From contig DATLPO010000117.1 in the NCBI GenBank assembly GCA_035535675.1, positions 42,552-106,551 on the forward strand: a stretch of DNA of 64,000 bases, written 5' to 3'. Positions 35,370 through 45,369 of the stretch are shown one piece after another. The notes beneath the pieces are model-generated. The model saw nothing but the letters and a program-made list of their open reading frames with translations, had not been told where the DNA came from and did not search any database. Made by a program: the position numbers and the translations under genes. This stretch comes from Candidatus Limnocylindria bacterium. GTDB taxonomy: Bacteria > Chloroflexota > Dormibacteria > Dormibacterales > Dormibacteraceae. Within the stretch, counting starts at the first letter, position 1. Every line of letters begins with the position of its first letter.

Positions 35370-35813
35370 TTGTCGGCGGTGACCTTTCACATCGAGGCGG
35401 CGACCGAACCGACCCTGGAGCTCGAACGAGCGATGGCGTCCCTGATGCCGCAGCTCAATCCCGCCCTTGTGGGTCCCGCGCGGGAGTACCTGACGGCGCT
35501 TCTGGCCGATCCGGCAACCACACTGATTGTGGCAAGCGATGACGCGACGATCATCGCTACGGCGACAGTTGTCGTTTACAGGACACCCGCCTGGGTGAAG
35601 GCCCGAATCGAGGACGTGGTAGTTGACGAAGGTGCGCGGGGACGCGGCATCGGTGAGGCGCTCATCAAGGAATGCCTCAATGTGGCGCGAAAGCGCGGCG
35701 CAAGTGTGGTGGAGCTGCAATCGGCACGGAGGCGCGAGGTCGCAAACCGCCTCTATCCACGGATGGGCTTTGAGAAGCGCGAGAGCAATGTGTACCGGAT
35801 GACGTTGCGCTAG
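35370..35813 (+). CDS. GNAT-family N-acetyltransferase
   Basis: The acetyl-CoA motif is VVVDEGARGRGIGEALI. TTG 35370 is preceded by AAGGGAGG. Confidence 0.75.
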   Translation: MSAVTFHIEAATEPTLELERAMASLMPQLNPALVGPAREYLTALLADPATTLIVASDDATIIATATVVVYRTPAWVKARIEDVVVDEGARGRGIGEALIKECLNVARKRGASVVELQSARRREVANRLYPRMGFEKRESNVYRMTLR

Positions 35814-35817
35814 TTCG

Positions 35818-36243
35818 TCAGAAGTCTCCCCAGGTACCGCCCTTCCGGTAGCCGGAAATCATCGCCAGCGCGATCAAGAGCTGGACTACACCAATTGCAC
35901 CCTGGAGCGTGGAGTACCAAGCCGGCCCCGCGGGCGGGAGCACATTCATGAGCTGCAACGCAGAGGCGATCACCCGGACGGCGCCGAACAGGAATGCGAT
36001 CACGATCAGCCAGAACATCCAGCGCCATCGTCCGAGCACGCCGACCACCAGGATCGCGATCAGACCTGAGATCGAAATCAAGAAGGCCAGGTCTGCAACG
36101 AGGTGGGGGCCAGGTGCGAGAGCCAGTGTCGAGTCGTAGATCTGGGGCGCTGCGAGAAGGATCGCCAATAAGGCAAGCCAGACAAACGCGAAGAACCCGA
36201 GGACCAGGCGCTGCGTTCGACCGGTGGCACGAATCGCCGCCAC
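35818..36243 (-). CDS. Small 4-TM membrane protein, unknown function
   Basis: Four hydrophobic helices. It lies immediately downstream of pepF on the same strand. Confidence 0.5.
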   Translation of the reverse strand: MAAIRATGRTQRLVLGFFAFVWLALLAILLAAPQIYDSTLALAPGPHLVADLAFLISISGLIAILVVGVLGRWRWMFWLIVIAFLFGAVRVIASALQLMNVLPPAGPAWYSTLQGAIGVVQLLIALAMISGYRKGGTWGDF

Positions 36244-36247
36244 GCCG

Positions 36248-38137
36248 TCAGGCCCTCGCCGCGACCAATACCTCGAGGCGCCCCACCATCTCGGCGAGCA
36301 CCGAAAAGGCAGAGGCGACCGGCTCTGGAGACTCCATGTCGACGCCCGCCAGTTTGAGTCCCTCCAGCGGGTACATCGAGCCCCCGCTCTTCAGGAACGC
36401 AAGGTACGACTCAACCGCACCGTGATCGCCGGCGGCGACTCGTTCAGCGAGGTGATTGGCGCCTGCGATCCCTGTTGCGTACTGGTACACATAGAAGTTG
36501 CTGTAAAGGTGGGTGTGAAACTGCGCCCACGTCGAACCGATACGGTCCCGGTCCTTGTCGCTCACCTCAACCTCGGAGCCGAAGACCTCGCACATCAGGT
36601 CCGCCATGGTCTCGTTGAGGTAATCAGCGGTCAAGGCACCGCCTCCCTCGACGCGCTCGTGTATTTCGAGCTCGAGGCGCGCCAGCGACGGCATTATGAA
36701 AAAGTAGCGATAGAAGTTGGCCATCGCCTCTTCTATGACTGCGATCTGAAACTCCGGATCCTTGTTGGTGGCGAACAGGTGGCGTCGGGTCAGCGCTTGG
36801 TGCATGTTCGAGGCCACTTCCGCCTGGAAGAGCCCATAGCCCGAGTAGACATATGGCTGTGTCGTGCGCGTGAAGTGCGAGTGCATGGAGTGTCCCAGCT
36901 CGTGAGCCAGGGTGCTCATCGAATAGATGTCGTCGTTGTAGCTCATGAAGATGAAGGGGAACGTTCCCGGCACTCCACTCGAGAAGGCGCCCATGCGCTT
37001 GCCCTTGTTGGGGTAAATGTCAACCCATCGCTCTGCGAGCGCTCCCTCGCGCAGAGTGCGTACGTATTCCTCGCCTAGAGGCTTCACTCCCTCGGAGATC
37101 CAATCCACAGCCTGCTCGTATGGAACCTTCATCGACGATCCAAGCTGAGCTCGTGTGTCGAACGGCTTGAGAGCTGGCACCCCGAGCGCTTTGCGGCGGA
37201 CTCGCCAGTAGCGATGCCATGTGTCGAGGTTGTCGCGAAATGCACGAATGACGTTGTGAAACACCGTGGCTGGGATGTGGTTGGGTTCAAGCGCCGCCTC
37301 GAGAGAAGACGAGTAACCGCGAGCTCGCGCGTAGAAAACGTCGCGTTTGACGCCGGCTGCCAGGTTGGCGGCCATGGCGTGCTGCATCGCCAGGTGCGCA
37401 TCGGCATAGTTCTCGAAAGCGCTGCGCCGTAGGTCTCGGTCAGGGCTTGTCAGCAGCGCTGCGATGGTGCCCTGCGCCACCTCTTCATCTCCATGCGCAC
37501 CCGATGCGGAAACGAACTTCAGGTCGGTGTTGGCGAGCACTCCATGGACTGAGATCGCTGTGGTGAGCGGATCGGAAGCTTGCGTAAGCACCTCTTCCAC
37601 CTCAGGGCTGCGTACGTGCGCCTGCATCTTTTCAAGGCGATCGAAGTGGTGGCCAAGGTGCTCCAGGCGGGCCGAGCTCGCCACCCATTCCCTGAGCTTG
37701 GGGAAGCCGATCGAGATCATCTCCGGGATCGCAAATGACATCGCCGCGCCGAGCTGGGTGTACGTGGTGCGGGCGCGATCCGACCGTGCCGCCGCTTGCT
37801 GGTCCGCCGAATCCACCGCGTACGACATCGAGGCGTACACCGTGACCTTGCCCATCAAGCGTTGTGCGCTTTCGGCGGCGTCGAACCAGTCGGCCAGCAT
37901 TTCGGGCCCCTGGCCAAGGTGGCCCTTGAACTCGGCCAGGTCGGGGAGCCTGGCGAGGATGGTCTCGACAGCAGCCTCCCAGGCTGCCTCATCGGGAAAC
38001 ACGCTCTCGGCGTCCCAGGTGAATCTCTTGTCGACCTCTGTCCGATCGGGCAGGCCTCCGCTCACGGCCGGAAAGGGTACCGGGACAGGGCTGTCGCCGG
38101 AGATGCCGACCAGAGCTTCGGCGCCCATGCGGCCCAT
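36248..38137 (-). CDS. pepF: Oligoendopeptidase F (M3B metallopeptidase)
   Basis: It has the HELGHSMH zinc motif and the typical N-terminal LPDRTEVDKRFTWDAESVF. The start is uncertain, with in-frame ATGs at 38128, 38137, 38173 and 38233 and the ORF-track start at 38281. Confidence 0.8.
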   Translation of the reverse strand: MGRMGAEALVGISGDSPVPVPFPAVSGGLPDRTEVDKRFTWDAESVFPDEAAWEAAVETILARLPDLAEFKGHLGQGPEMLADWFDAAESAQRLMGKVTVYASMSYAVDSADQQAAARSDRARTTYTQLGAAMSFAIPEMISIGFPKLREWVASSARLEHLGHHFDRLEKMQAHVRSPEVEEVLTQASDPLTTAISVHGVLANTDLKFVSASGAHGDEEVAQGTIAALLTSPDRDLRRSAFENYADAHLAMQHAMAANLAAGVKRDVFYARARGYSSSLEAALEPNHIPATVFHNVIRAFRDNLDTWHRYWRVRRKALGVPALKPFDTRAQLGSSMKVPYEQAVDWISEGVKPLGEEYVRTLREGALAERWVDIYPNKGKRMGAFSSGVPGTFPFIFMSYNDDIYSMSTLAHELGHSMHSHFTRTTQPYVYSGYGLFQAEVASNMHQALTRRHLFATNKDPEFQIAVIEEAMANFYRYFFIMPSLARLELEIHERVEGGGALTADYLNETMADLMCEVFGSEVEVSDKDRDRIGSTWAQFHTHLYSNFYVYQYATGIAGANHLAERVAAGDHGAVESYLAFLKSGGSMYPLEGLKLAGVDMESPEPVASAFSVLAEMVGRLEVLVAARA

Positions 38138-38311
38138 CTGCGTCGTTGCGACCTCCGTTGCTCGCTTACGCATCCACGGATGCGCGCGCTGCGCTACTCG
38201 GCCGATCCGCTGGGGTCCCCATGTCGAAGACATGGGAGGGACCCCTGGATCACCGAATCTCTCGGCCGGCCCTCCGACCACACCCCTGCGGTGCGGCGGT
38301 AGGATGGCCTC

Positions 38312-39196
38312 ATGCCTCGCGCAGAAGCGAACGGGATGGAGATCGAGTACGAGACATTCGGCGAATCCAACGACGCGCCGCTCTTGCTGGTCATGGGGTT
38401 GGGCGCACAGATGATCAGCTGGGACGAAGGCTTCTGCAGCCGCCTTGCCGCACGTGGCTTTTACGTAATCCGCTTCGACAACCGAGACTCGGGGCTCTCG
38501 ACCAAGCTGGAGACCGCAGGCGAGCCGGACGTGCTTGCAGCTTTTGCGGGAAGTCCGAATCCCGCTTACGCGCTGGACGATCTCGCCGACGATGCAGTCG
38601 GTCTGCTCGATGCGCTAGGCGTCGGCGCGGCGCACATCGTCGGCGCTTCGATGGGTGGGTTCATCGCGCAGCTCATGGCGCTCAACCACCCGGACCGCGT
38701 GCTCTCACTGACGTCGATCATGTCGGGACCGGGAGGTCGCGATGCGGTGCCGCCCAAGCCTGAGGGTGCGGTGGTGCTGACGACGATACCGCCCGACACT
38801 CGTGAGGAGCGCATCCAGCATGGTGTCTGGTTTCGAAGGGTGCTCAACGGCTCAAGTGACCCATTCGACGAGGTTGCGGAGACGAAGCGTTCGGAGCGTG
38901 CTTACGACCGCTCCTACTACCCTGTCGGCACTGGTCGCCAGCTCGTCGCGATACTCGCTGCCGAGGGCCGGCTGAAGAGGCTGAGCCAGGCGAAGGTCCC
39001 GACGCTGGTGATCCACGGAGCGGACGACGTGCTCGTACCCGTCGAAAACGGCAGGAACGTGGCGGCTGCAGTGCCGGGGGCGCGCCTGCTCGAAATCGAC
39101 GGCATGGGTCACAACCTGCCCGAACGGGTGTGGCCTCAGGTCCTTGACGCCATCGTGGAGCTTGCGCGACAGGCGACCCCGCTGCAGCCTCGGTAG
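38312..39196 (+). CDS. Alpha/beta-fold hydrolase
   Basis: PLLLVMGLG, the nucleophile elbow VGASMGG and the C-terminal GMGHNLPE. Confidence 0.8.
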   Translation: MPRAEANGMEIEYETFGESNDAPLLLVMGLGAQMISWDEGFCSRLAARGFYVIRFDNRDSGLSTKLETAGEPDVLAAFAGSPNPAYALDDLADDAVGLLDALGVGAAHIVGASMGGFIAQLMALNHPDRVLSLTSIMSGPGGRDAVPPKPEGAVVLTTIPPDTREERIQHGVWFRRVLNGSSDPFDEVAETKRSERAYDRSYYPVGTGRQLVAILAAEGRLKRLSQAKVPTLVIHGADDVLVPVENGRNVAAAVPGARLLEIDGMGHNLPERVWPQVLDAIVELARQATPLQPR

Positions 39197-39201
39197 ATCT
39201 C

Positions 39202-39960
39202 ATGGCCACGCTCGACGGCATCAGCCCGACCCTGGCCGTATTGGCCGGCCTTGTCTCATTTGTTTCGCCCTGCGTGCTGCCCCTGGTGCCGGCGTACCTC
39301 GCATACCTGGGCGCCCGCGCAGGCCAGCCTGCGGTGGCGGTTGGCCCAGGCGCGGTCGCCACCGCTTCGGCATCACCATCGTGGCCTGTCGTGACCGCCG
39401 GCCTGGGCTTCGTGGCCGGGCTCTCCCTTGTCTTCATCCTTTTCTTCTATGTCTTCTCGATCGCTGTTCAGCCCATACGCGGTTACGTGCCGATGGTCGC
39501 CGGCGTGTTCGTGATCGCGCTCGCCTTTCACGTCGCCGGCGTGATTCGGATTCCCTTCCTGTCAGGCGAATATCGGCTGGTCCAAAAGGCACCGGCTCGT
39601 GGGGGCGTCGCTGGTGGGTTCTTCCTTGGCATGGGGTTCGCCAGCGGGTGGACGCCGTGCATCGGTGTGACTCTCAGCGCGGTACTCAGCTCCGCGGTTT
39701 CGGCAGGTACCACGGCGCAAGGACTCGTTCTGATGCTCGCCTACTGCCTTGGCCTTGGTCTACCCTTCATCGCCCTCGCATTCGCCCTGGAGAGCGCACG
39801 CCCGCTGGTCCGCCTCGTCAACAGCCACCGGCGGGCGATTGACCTTGTCTCCGCGGCTGTGCTGCTCGTGATGGGGCTTCTCCTGCTGACCAACAACCTG
39901 ACCATCCTGGCCGCAGGACTGTCTCAGCTAGTCCCGGCCTGGCCGTCGCCGACCCTCTGA
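39202..39960 (+). CDS. ccdA: Cytochrome c biogenesis thiol-disulfide transporter CcdA (DsbD family)
   Basis: SFVSPCVLPLVPAYL and GWTPCIG are the two conserved Cys motifs. It has about 6 TM helices. Confidence 0.8.
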   Translation: MATLDGISPTLAVLAGLVSFVSPCVLPLVPAYLAYLGARAGQPAVAVGPGAVATASASPSWPVVTAGLGFVAGLSLVFILFFYVFSIAVQPIRGYVPMVAGVFVIALAFHVAGVIRIPFLSGEYRLVQKAPARGGVAGGFFLGMGFASGWTPCIGVTLSAVLSSAVSAGTTAQGLVLMLAYCLGLGLPFIALAFALESARPLVRLVNSHRRAIDLVSAAVLLVMGLLLLTNNLTILAAGLSQLVPAWPSPTL

Positions 39961-40395
39961 TCAGTCAGGCAGTAACGGCCGGCCGTCCTGACCAATTGGC
40001 CAGAACGGGTTGTGCGCCACCTCCCATAGGTGGCCGTCAGGGTCGGCGAAATAGCCGTTGTAGCCGCCCCAATCGGTCTCGCGCCCAGGGACCAGGATCT
40101 TGGCGCCCGCAGCCGCCGCCGTGGCGAGCGCGGAGTCGACCTGCTCGCGGCTGTCCAGGTTGATCGCCAGCGCGCTGAGATGCCCAGCTCCAGGAGTGGC
40201 GTCCACCCCGGCGTCCGCAGCGAGGGCCTCTTCACTCCAGAGAGCCAGGAGACCTCCAGCCGTCTTGAAGAAGCTGACCTCCCCAGCTACTGAAGCAGAC
40301 GACAAGGGCCAGCCCAGAGCGACATAGAAGAGCGTGCTGCGGGAGACATCCTTGACGCCGAGCGTGACCAGGCTCACCCGCGGAGGTATTGCCAT
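39961..40395 (-). CDS. VOC/glyoxalase-family protein
   Basis: VSLVTLGVKDVSRSTLFY and FADPDGHLWEV. Confidence 0.7.
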   Translation of the reverse strand: MAIPPRVSLVTLGVKDVSRSTLFYVALGWPLSSASVAGEVSFFKTAGGLLALWSEEALAADAGVDATPGAGHLSALAINLDSREQVDSALATAAAAGAKILVPGRETDWGGYNGYFADPDGHLWEVAHNPFWPIGQDGRPLLPD

Positions 40396-40895
40396 CAGAG
40401 CCCTCCTATCGCGTCATAGAGACGACGGCTGTAAATCATCGGCGATACGCCTTCGCGCTCCGCGCCGTCGATCACGAGCCCGATGAGGATCCAGTGGTCG
40501 CCCGCCTCGATCGTCTCGCGAAGCGTGCACACGGCATAGGCAGCAGCATCCTCTTCGAGGATCGGGCCACCGTCCGTGCCCGCTGGCTTGCGCCATTTGA
40601 TCCCTTCGAACTTGTCCGAGACCTTGGTCGCCATCCGCCTGGCGAGCTGCTCGCGACCGGAGGCAAGGATGTTGGCTGTGAAGCCGCCAGTTAGCCTTAC
40701 GGCCGGCAGGGTGTTCGACGTCTTGTCGATGCAGGCCAGCGCCAACGGGGGCTCAAGTGAGACAGCGCAGAACGCGCTGACAGTCAGCCCCCGTGGCAGG
40801 CCGTCGTCACCGAATGCGGTGAGCACCACCACCCCGCTCGGAAAGCTCGCCATGACCTCTCGGAAGCGCTGAAGATCGATCACTGGACCGCTCAA
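40395..40895 (-). CDS. Flavin reductase-like FMN-binding protein
   Basis: FPSGVVVLTA..GLTVSAF.SVSLEPPL is the split-barrel flavin reductase signature. Confidence 0.75.
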   Translation of the reverse strand: MSGPVIDLQRFREVMASFPSGVVVLTAFGDDGLPRGLTVSAFCAVSLEPPLALACIDKTSNTLPAVRLTGGFTANILASGREQLARRMATKVSDKFEGIKWRKPAGTDGGPILEEDAAAYAVCTLRETIEAGDHWILIGLVIDGAEREGVSPMIYSRRLYDAIGGL

Positions 40896-40904
40896 ACTTA
40901 GCGG

Positions 40905-43900
40905 GTGGGGAGCTCACTCGACAGGTTCGCGCCGGCGACGAAGGACTGGTTTCGCGGCTCGTTTGCGGATCCGACGCCAGTCCAGGAGCGCGGTTGGCAA
41001 GAAGTCGCGGCAGGTCGTCACGTCCTGATGGCCGCGCCGACAGGCAGCGGTAAGACTCTCGCTGCCTTCCTTTGGTGCATCGACCGCCTGAATGCCGAAG
41101 CGACCCCTCCCGACGGAGAGCGCTGTCGCGTCCTTTATGTATCGCCGATGAAAGCGCTCGCACACGACGTGGATCGGAACCTGCGCTCCCCGCTCGTCGG
41201 GATCCGCCACCAGATGGAAACGTCGGGCTTGACGGCGCCTGACATCTCCGTCGCCATACGCACCGGTGACACGCCGGCAGAAGTCAGGCGATCGATGGAA
41301 CGCCACCCGCCCGACATACTCATCACCACCCCCGAATCCCTCTACCTGCTGCTGACCAGCGCGGCGCGACGAATCCTTGCTTCCGTCAGGTGGCTCATCG
41401 TCGATGAGATTCACTCGGTAGCCGCTACCAAGCGCGGGTCGCACCTCGCGCTGAGCCTCGAGCGACTCTGCGCTCTTACTAAATTCGAGCCGCAGCGGAT
41501 CGGGCTGTCCGCGACACAGCGCCCTCTTGAAGAGGTGGCGCGATTCCTTGGCGGCACCAACCGTGAAGTTGCCATTGTCGACGCGGGGCGGCTGAAAACG
41601 ATGGAGGTCCGAGTCGAGGTGCCGGTCGACGACATGGCGCGCCTCTCAGTCGAAGACGACAATGGCCGGCCCGCGGGCAGCATCTGGCCGGCGATCTATC
41701 CGCGACTTCTTGCTTTGATCCGGGAGCACCGATCCACCATCGTCTTCGTCAACTCCCGGCGACTCGCGGAGCGGCTCGCTGCGCGCATCAACGAGCTGGC
41801 GGGCGAAGACCTCGTGCTTGCCCATCACGGCTCCATCGCGCGCGAGCAGCGCCTGCTGATCGAGGACCAGCTGAAGGCGGGAGTCGTTCGCGGGCTGATT
41901 GCGACATCGACCCTCGAGCTCGGCATCGACATGGGCGCTGTCGACCTGGTTCTTCAGGTCGAGGCGCCGCCGAGCGTGGCCGCCGGCATCCAGCGCGTCG
42001 GTCGTGCGGGCCATTCCGTCGGCGAGGTTTCGAGAGGCGTGGTGATCCCCAACTTTCGTGGAGGCCTCCTCGAGTCCGCGGCTGTGGTCGAGGGGATGCT
42101 CGAGGGCCGGATCGAGTCCACTGTCGTGCCACGCAAGCCTCTCGACGTGCTCGCGCAGCAGGTGGTCGCAATGTGCGCGATGGACGAATGGCGAGTCGAT
42201 GAGCTCGCGAGTGTCGTCCGCCGCGCCTACCCGTACAGCGATCTCGGCCCGCGAGCGATGGAGTCGGTGCTCGACATGCTGAGCGGCCGTTATCCGTCGG
42301 ACGAGTTCGCCGAGCTGCGGCCGCGCATCGTATGGGACCGCGTAGCGGGAACGGTCCGCGGACGAGCCGGCGCGCAACGCCTGGCGGTGACCAACCCAGG
42401 AACCATCCCCGACCGAGGACTTTTCACCGTAAACCTTGTCGACAACGGGCGGCGCGTGGGCGAGCTTGACGAAGAGATGGTGTACGAGAGCCGGGTTGGC
42501 GAGACATTCATCCTTGGCGCCTCGACCTGGCGCATCGCCGAGATTGGGCCATCGCAGGTCCTTGTCACGCCGGCGCCCGGCGAGCCGGGGAAGATCGCGT
42601 TCTGGCACGCCGACTCGCCGAGCCGCCCAGTCGAACTCGGCATGGCGCTCGGGAAGATGGTGCGCGAGCTGCGGGCACTCCAACCAGAGGCGGCCGCCGT
42701 TCGATTGAGAACTCGGGCCGGCTTCGACGATCGCGCGATCAAGAATCTGCTCGCGTATCTGGACGACCAGGCGGCAGCCACCGGCGCCGTGCCCGACGAC
42801 CGCACGGTCGTGGTCGAAAGGTTCCGCGACGAGGTGGGGGACTGGAGAGTGTGCGTGCACTCACCACTCGGTGGCCGTGTGCACGCGCCGCTTGCCCTTG
42901 CCCTCGAATCCCGGTTGCAGGAGCGGCTTGGAATCGACGCCCGCGCGATGTGGACCGACGACGGGATCGCGCTCCACTTGCCTGACGTTGAGTCGGCGCC
43001 TTCCCTTGATGAGCTGCTGCTCGACCCGGAAGAGGTCGAGGCCCTCGTGCAGGCGCAGCTCCCGGGGTCGGCGCTTTTCGCTTCGCGGTTCCGCGAGAAT
43101 GCGGCGCGCTCGCTGCTGCTGCCCCGCCGCCGACCAGGCCAACGGACTCCCCTGTGGCAGCAGCGCATGCGCAGCGCCGGCCTGCTGCAGGTCGCGGGCC
43201 AGTATCCAGACTTTCCGATCCTGGCCGAAACGTGGAGGGAGTGCATGGCGGACCACTTCGACATGCCCGCGCTCATGACGCTCCTGCGCGCGATCCGTTC
43301 GCGCGAGGTCCGCGTGGTGGCGGTCGACACCGAGCGGGCATCGCCATTTGCATCGTCGCTGCTCTTCTCGTACGTGGCGGAGTTCATGTATGCGGGCGAC
43401 TCGCCACTGGCGGAGCGGCGCGCTCAGGCGCTGACTCTCGATCGAGAGCTGCTGGCTGAGCTGCTCGGAAGCGAAGACCTGCGCGAACTGCTCGACCCCG
43501 AGGCGATCGTGGCGGTGGAGCTTGAGCTGCAGGGTCTGTTGCCAGAGCGTTTTCCACGGGACCCTGACGAGGCTCACGACCTGCTGGTCCGCCTCGGCGA
43601 CCTCAACGACGCGGAGGCGTCAGCGCGCGGGATCTCCCAGGAGTGGCTGCGCGGATTGGAACGTGAGAGGCGCGCGGTAAGCGTCCGTGTGGCGGGCGAG
43701 TTGCGTTGGATTGCAGCCGAAGATGCGGGGCGATACCGCGAGGCTCTGGGAGCGAGCCTGCCGGTCGGGCTGCCTGAAGCGTTTCTCAGCCCCGGAATCC
43801 TGCCGCTCGAGTCGCTCGCCAGGCGGTGGGCACGCACCCACATCCCGTTCGTCACCTCGGAGCTGTCGGCGCGCTGGGGCATGCCGGTCGCGGCCCTCGA

Positions 43901-45245
43901 GGAAGCGCTCACTCAGCTCGCTTCGCGAGGCGAGATTGTCGCGGGCGAATTTCGAAGGGCAGCCCAGGGCCGCGAGTACTGCCATCCGGAGGTCCTCCGG
44001 ATGCTGCGCCGCCGCTCTCTCGCCGCCCTACGTCGCGAGGTCGAGTCGGTGCCGCCGGTGGTCGTGGCGCGATTCCTGCCGCCGTGGCATGGCATTGGTG
44101 CCAGGGCAGGAGGAGTCGACCGTCTTCTGGAGGTCGTCTTCCAACTTCAAGGCTTGCCGCTACCGGCATCGGTCATCGAGCGCGACGTGATCGCGGCCAG
44201 AGTCGCCGGCTACAACCCGCGCATGCTCGACGAGCTGGTTTCGATGGGCGAGGTTGTCTGGGCCGGCCGCGGGGGCCTAGGCGCGACAGACGGACGGGTC
44301 GCCCTTTACCTGCGAGGCGATGCTCCCGGGCTGGTCGCCCAGCCGATCGAACCACCGAGCGGTGACCTTCACAGCCGCCTGCGCGATCACTTGCACGCAC
44401 GCGGTGCCAGCTTTTTCCGAGACATCTACGGGGCATGCGGGGGCGGCGACGAAGAAGCAATGCTCGACGCCCTGTGGGACCTGGTGTGGTCGGGGGAGGT
44501 CACCAACGACACGTTTGCGCCATTGCGCCTTTTGGGCCCGGCGGCGCGCAGGCCGGCACGAGGCCCGCGCCTGCCGCGCCTCACGCAGCCCCGAGCAACG
44601 GGCAGATGGTCGTCGGTCGTCGAGATGCTCGGTTCAGGAGCGTCGCCCACAGAGCGCCTTCATGCTGAGGCCGGCGTTCTTCTGCAGCGCCACGGAGTTC
44701 TGACGAGGGAGGCGGTGGTCGCAGAGGGCTGGCCTGGCGGCTTCGCTGGGCTCTATCCAGTTTTGCGCGCAATGGAGGAGTCGGGCCGCATCCGGAGGGG
44801 CTACTTCGTCGAAGGGCTGGGCGGTTCGCAGTTCGCGCTACCCGGTGCGGTCGACCGCTTGCGCTCGATGCGGGAACCGGAGCGCGGAGACGTCGTGGCG
44901 CTCGCGGCCTGCGACCCGGCAAACGCGTATGGCGCGATCCTTCCGTGGCCGCGGTCCGATGGCCGTATGGCACGCGCCGCGGGTGCGTACTGCGTGCTGG
45001 ATGCGGGCGAGCTGGTCCTCTACCTGGAAAGGGGCGGCAGGTCGCTGATCACCAACGGTGATATCCGGTCTGAGCACGTGCGCGCGCTGATGGGTGTCGC
45101 CACCATCGCAGGCAAGGTTGAGATCCAGCGCGTGGACGGCGCGCCGGTCATGGAATCGCCGATCGCGGCGCTGTTGCGAGAAGCAGGATTTGCCTCGAGT
45201 CATAGAGGTCTTGTCGCATACGGCGGTCGTTCGGGACGGCCGTAA
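40905..45245 (+). CDS. lhr: Lhr-family large ATP-dependent DNA helicase (long form with C-terminal extension)
   Basis: Walker A is APTGSGKT and the DEAH box is VDEIHS. Other motifs are SATQ, HHGS..R and QR.GRAGH. The Lhr-specific WH/domain-4 region and a roughly 600-aa C-terminal domain follow, for 1446 aa in total. Confidence 0.85.
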   Translation: MGSSLDRFAPATKDWFRGSFADPTPVQERGWQEVAAGRHVLMAAPTGSGKTLAAFLWCIDRLNAEATPPDGERCRVLYVSPMKALAHDVDRNLRSPLVGIRHQMETSGLTAPDISVAIRTGDTPAEVRRSMERHPPDILITTPESLYLLLTSAARRILASVRWLIVDEIHSVAATKRGSHLALSLERLCALTKFEPQRIGLSATQRPLEEVARFLGGTNREVAIVDAGRLKTMEVRVEVPVDDMARLSVEDDNGRPAGSIWPAIYPRLLALIREHRSTIVFVNSRRLAERLAARINELAGEDLVLAHHGSIAREQRLLIEDQLKAGVVRGLIATSTLELGIDMGAVDLVLQVEAPPSVAAGIQRVGRAGHSVGEVSRGVVIPNFRGGLLESAAVVEGMLEGRIESTVVPRKPLDVLAQQVVAMCAMDEWRVDELASVVRRAYPYSDLGPRAMESVLDMLSGRYPSDEFAELRPRIVWDRVAGTVRGRAGAQRLAVTNPGTIPDRGLFTVNLVDNGRRVGELDEEMVYESRVGETFILGASTWRIAEIGPSQVLVTPAPGEPGKIAFWHADSPSRPVELGMALGKMVRELRALQPEAAAVRLRTRAGFDDRAIKNLLAYLDDQAAATGAVPDDRTVVVERFRDEVGDWRVCVHSPLGGRVHAPLALALESRLQERLGIDARAMWTDDGIALHLPDVESAPSLDELLLDPEEVEALVQAQLPGSALFASRFRENAARSLLLPRRRPGQRTPLWQQRMRSAGLLQVAGQYPDFPILAETWRECMADHFDMPALMTLLRAIRSREVRVVAVDTERASPFASSLLFSYVAEFMYAGDSPLAERRAQALTLDRELLAELLGSEDLRELLDPEAIVAVELELQGLLPERFPRDPDEAHDLLVRLGDLNDAEASARGISQEWLRGLERERRAVSVRVAGELRWIAAEDAGRYREALGASLPVGLPEAFLSPGILPLESLARRWARTHIPFVTSELSARWGMPVAALEEALTQLASRGEIVAGEFRRAAQGREYCHPEVLRMLRRRSLAALRREVESVPPVVVARFLPPWHGIGARAGGVDRLLEVVFQLQGLPLPASVIERDVIAARVAGYNPRMLDELVSMGEVVWAGRGGLGATDGRVALYLRGDAPGLVAQPIEPPSGDLHSRLRDHLHARGASFFRDIYGACGGGDEEAMLDALWDLVWSGEVTNDTFAPLRLLGPAARRPARGPRLPRLTQPRATGRWSSVVEMLGSGASPTERLHAEAGVLLQRHGVLTREAVVAEGWPGGFAGLYPVLRAMEESGRIRRGYFVEGLGGSQFALPGAVDRLRSMREPERGDVVALAACDPANAYGAILPWPRSDGRMARAAGAYCVLDAGELVLYLERGGRSLITNGDIRSEHVRALMGVATIAGKVEIQRVDGAPVMESPIAALLREAGFASSHRGLVAYGGRSGRP

Positions 45246-45272
45246 GGAAGTCGCTACGATTAGCCATTCCAT

Positions 45273-45346
45273 CGGGGAGTAGCGCAGCTCGGTAGCGCAC
45301 CTGACTGGGGGTCAGGTGGTCGGGGGTTCAAATCCCCCCTCCCCGA
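45273..45346 (+). tRNA. tRNA-Pro (anticodon GGG)
   Basis: I folded the cloverleaf manually. The acceptor is CGGGGAG/CTCCCCG, the D stem GCGC/GCGC, the anticodon stem CCTGA/TCAGG with loop CTGGGGG, and the T arm GGGGG-TTCAAAT-CCCCC. It is 74 nt with no encoded CCA. Confidence 0.85.
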
Positions 45347-45369
45347 CTTTCAACCAGGGGTCCCTCAAT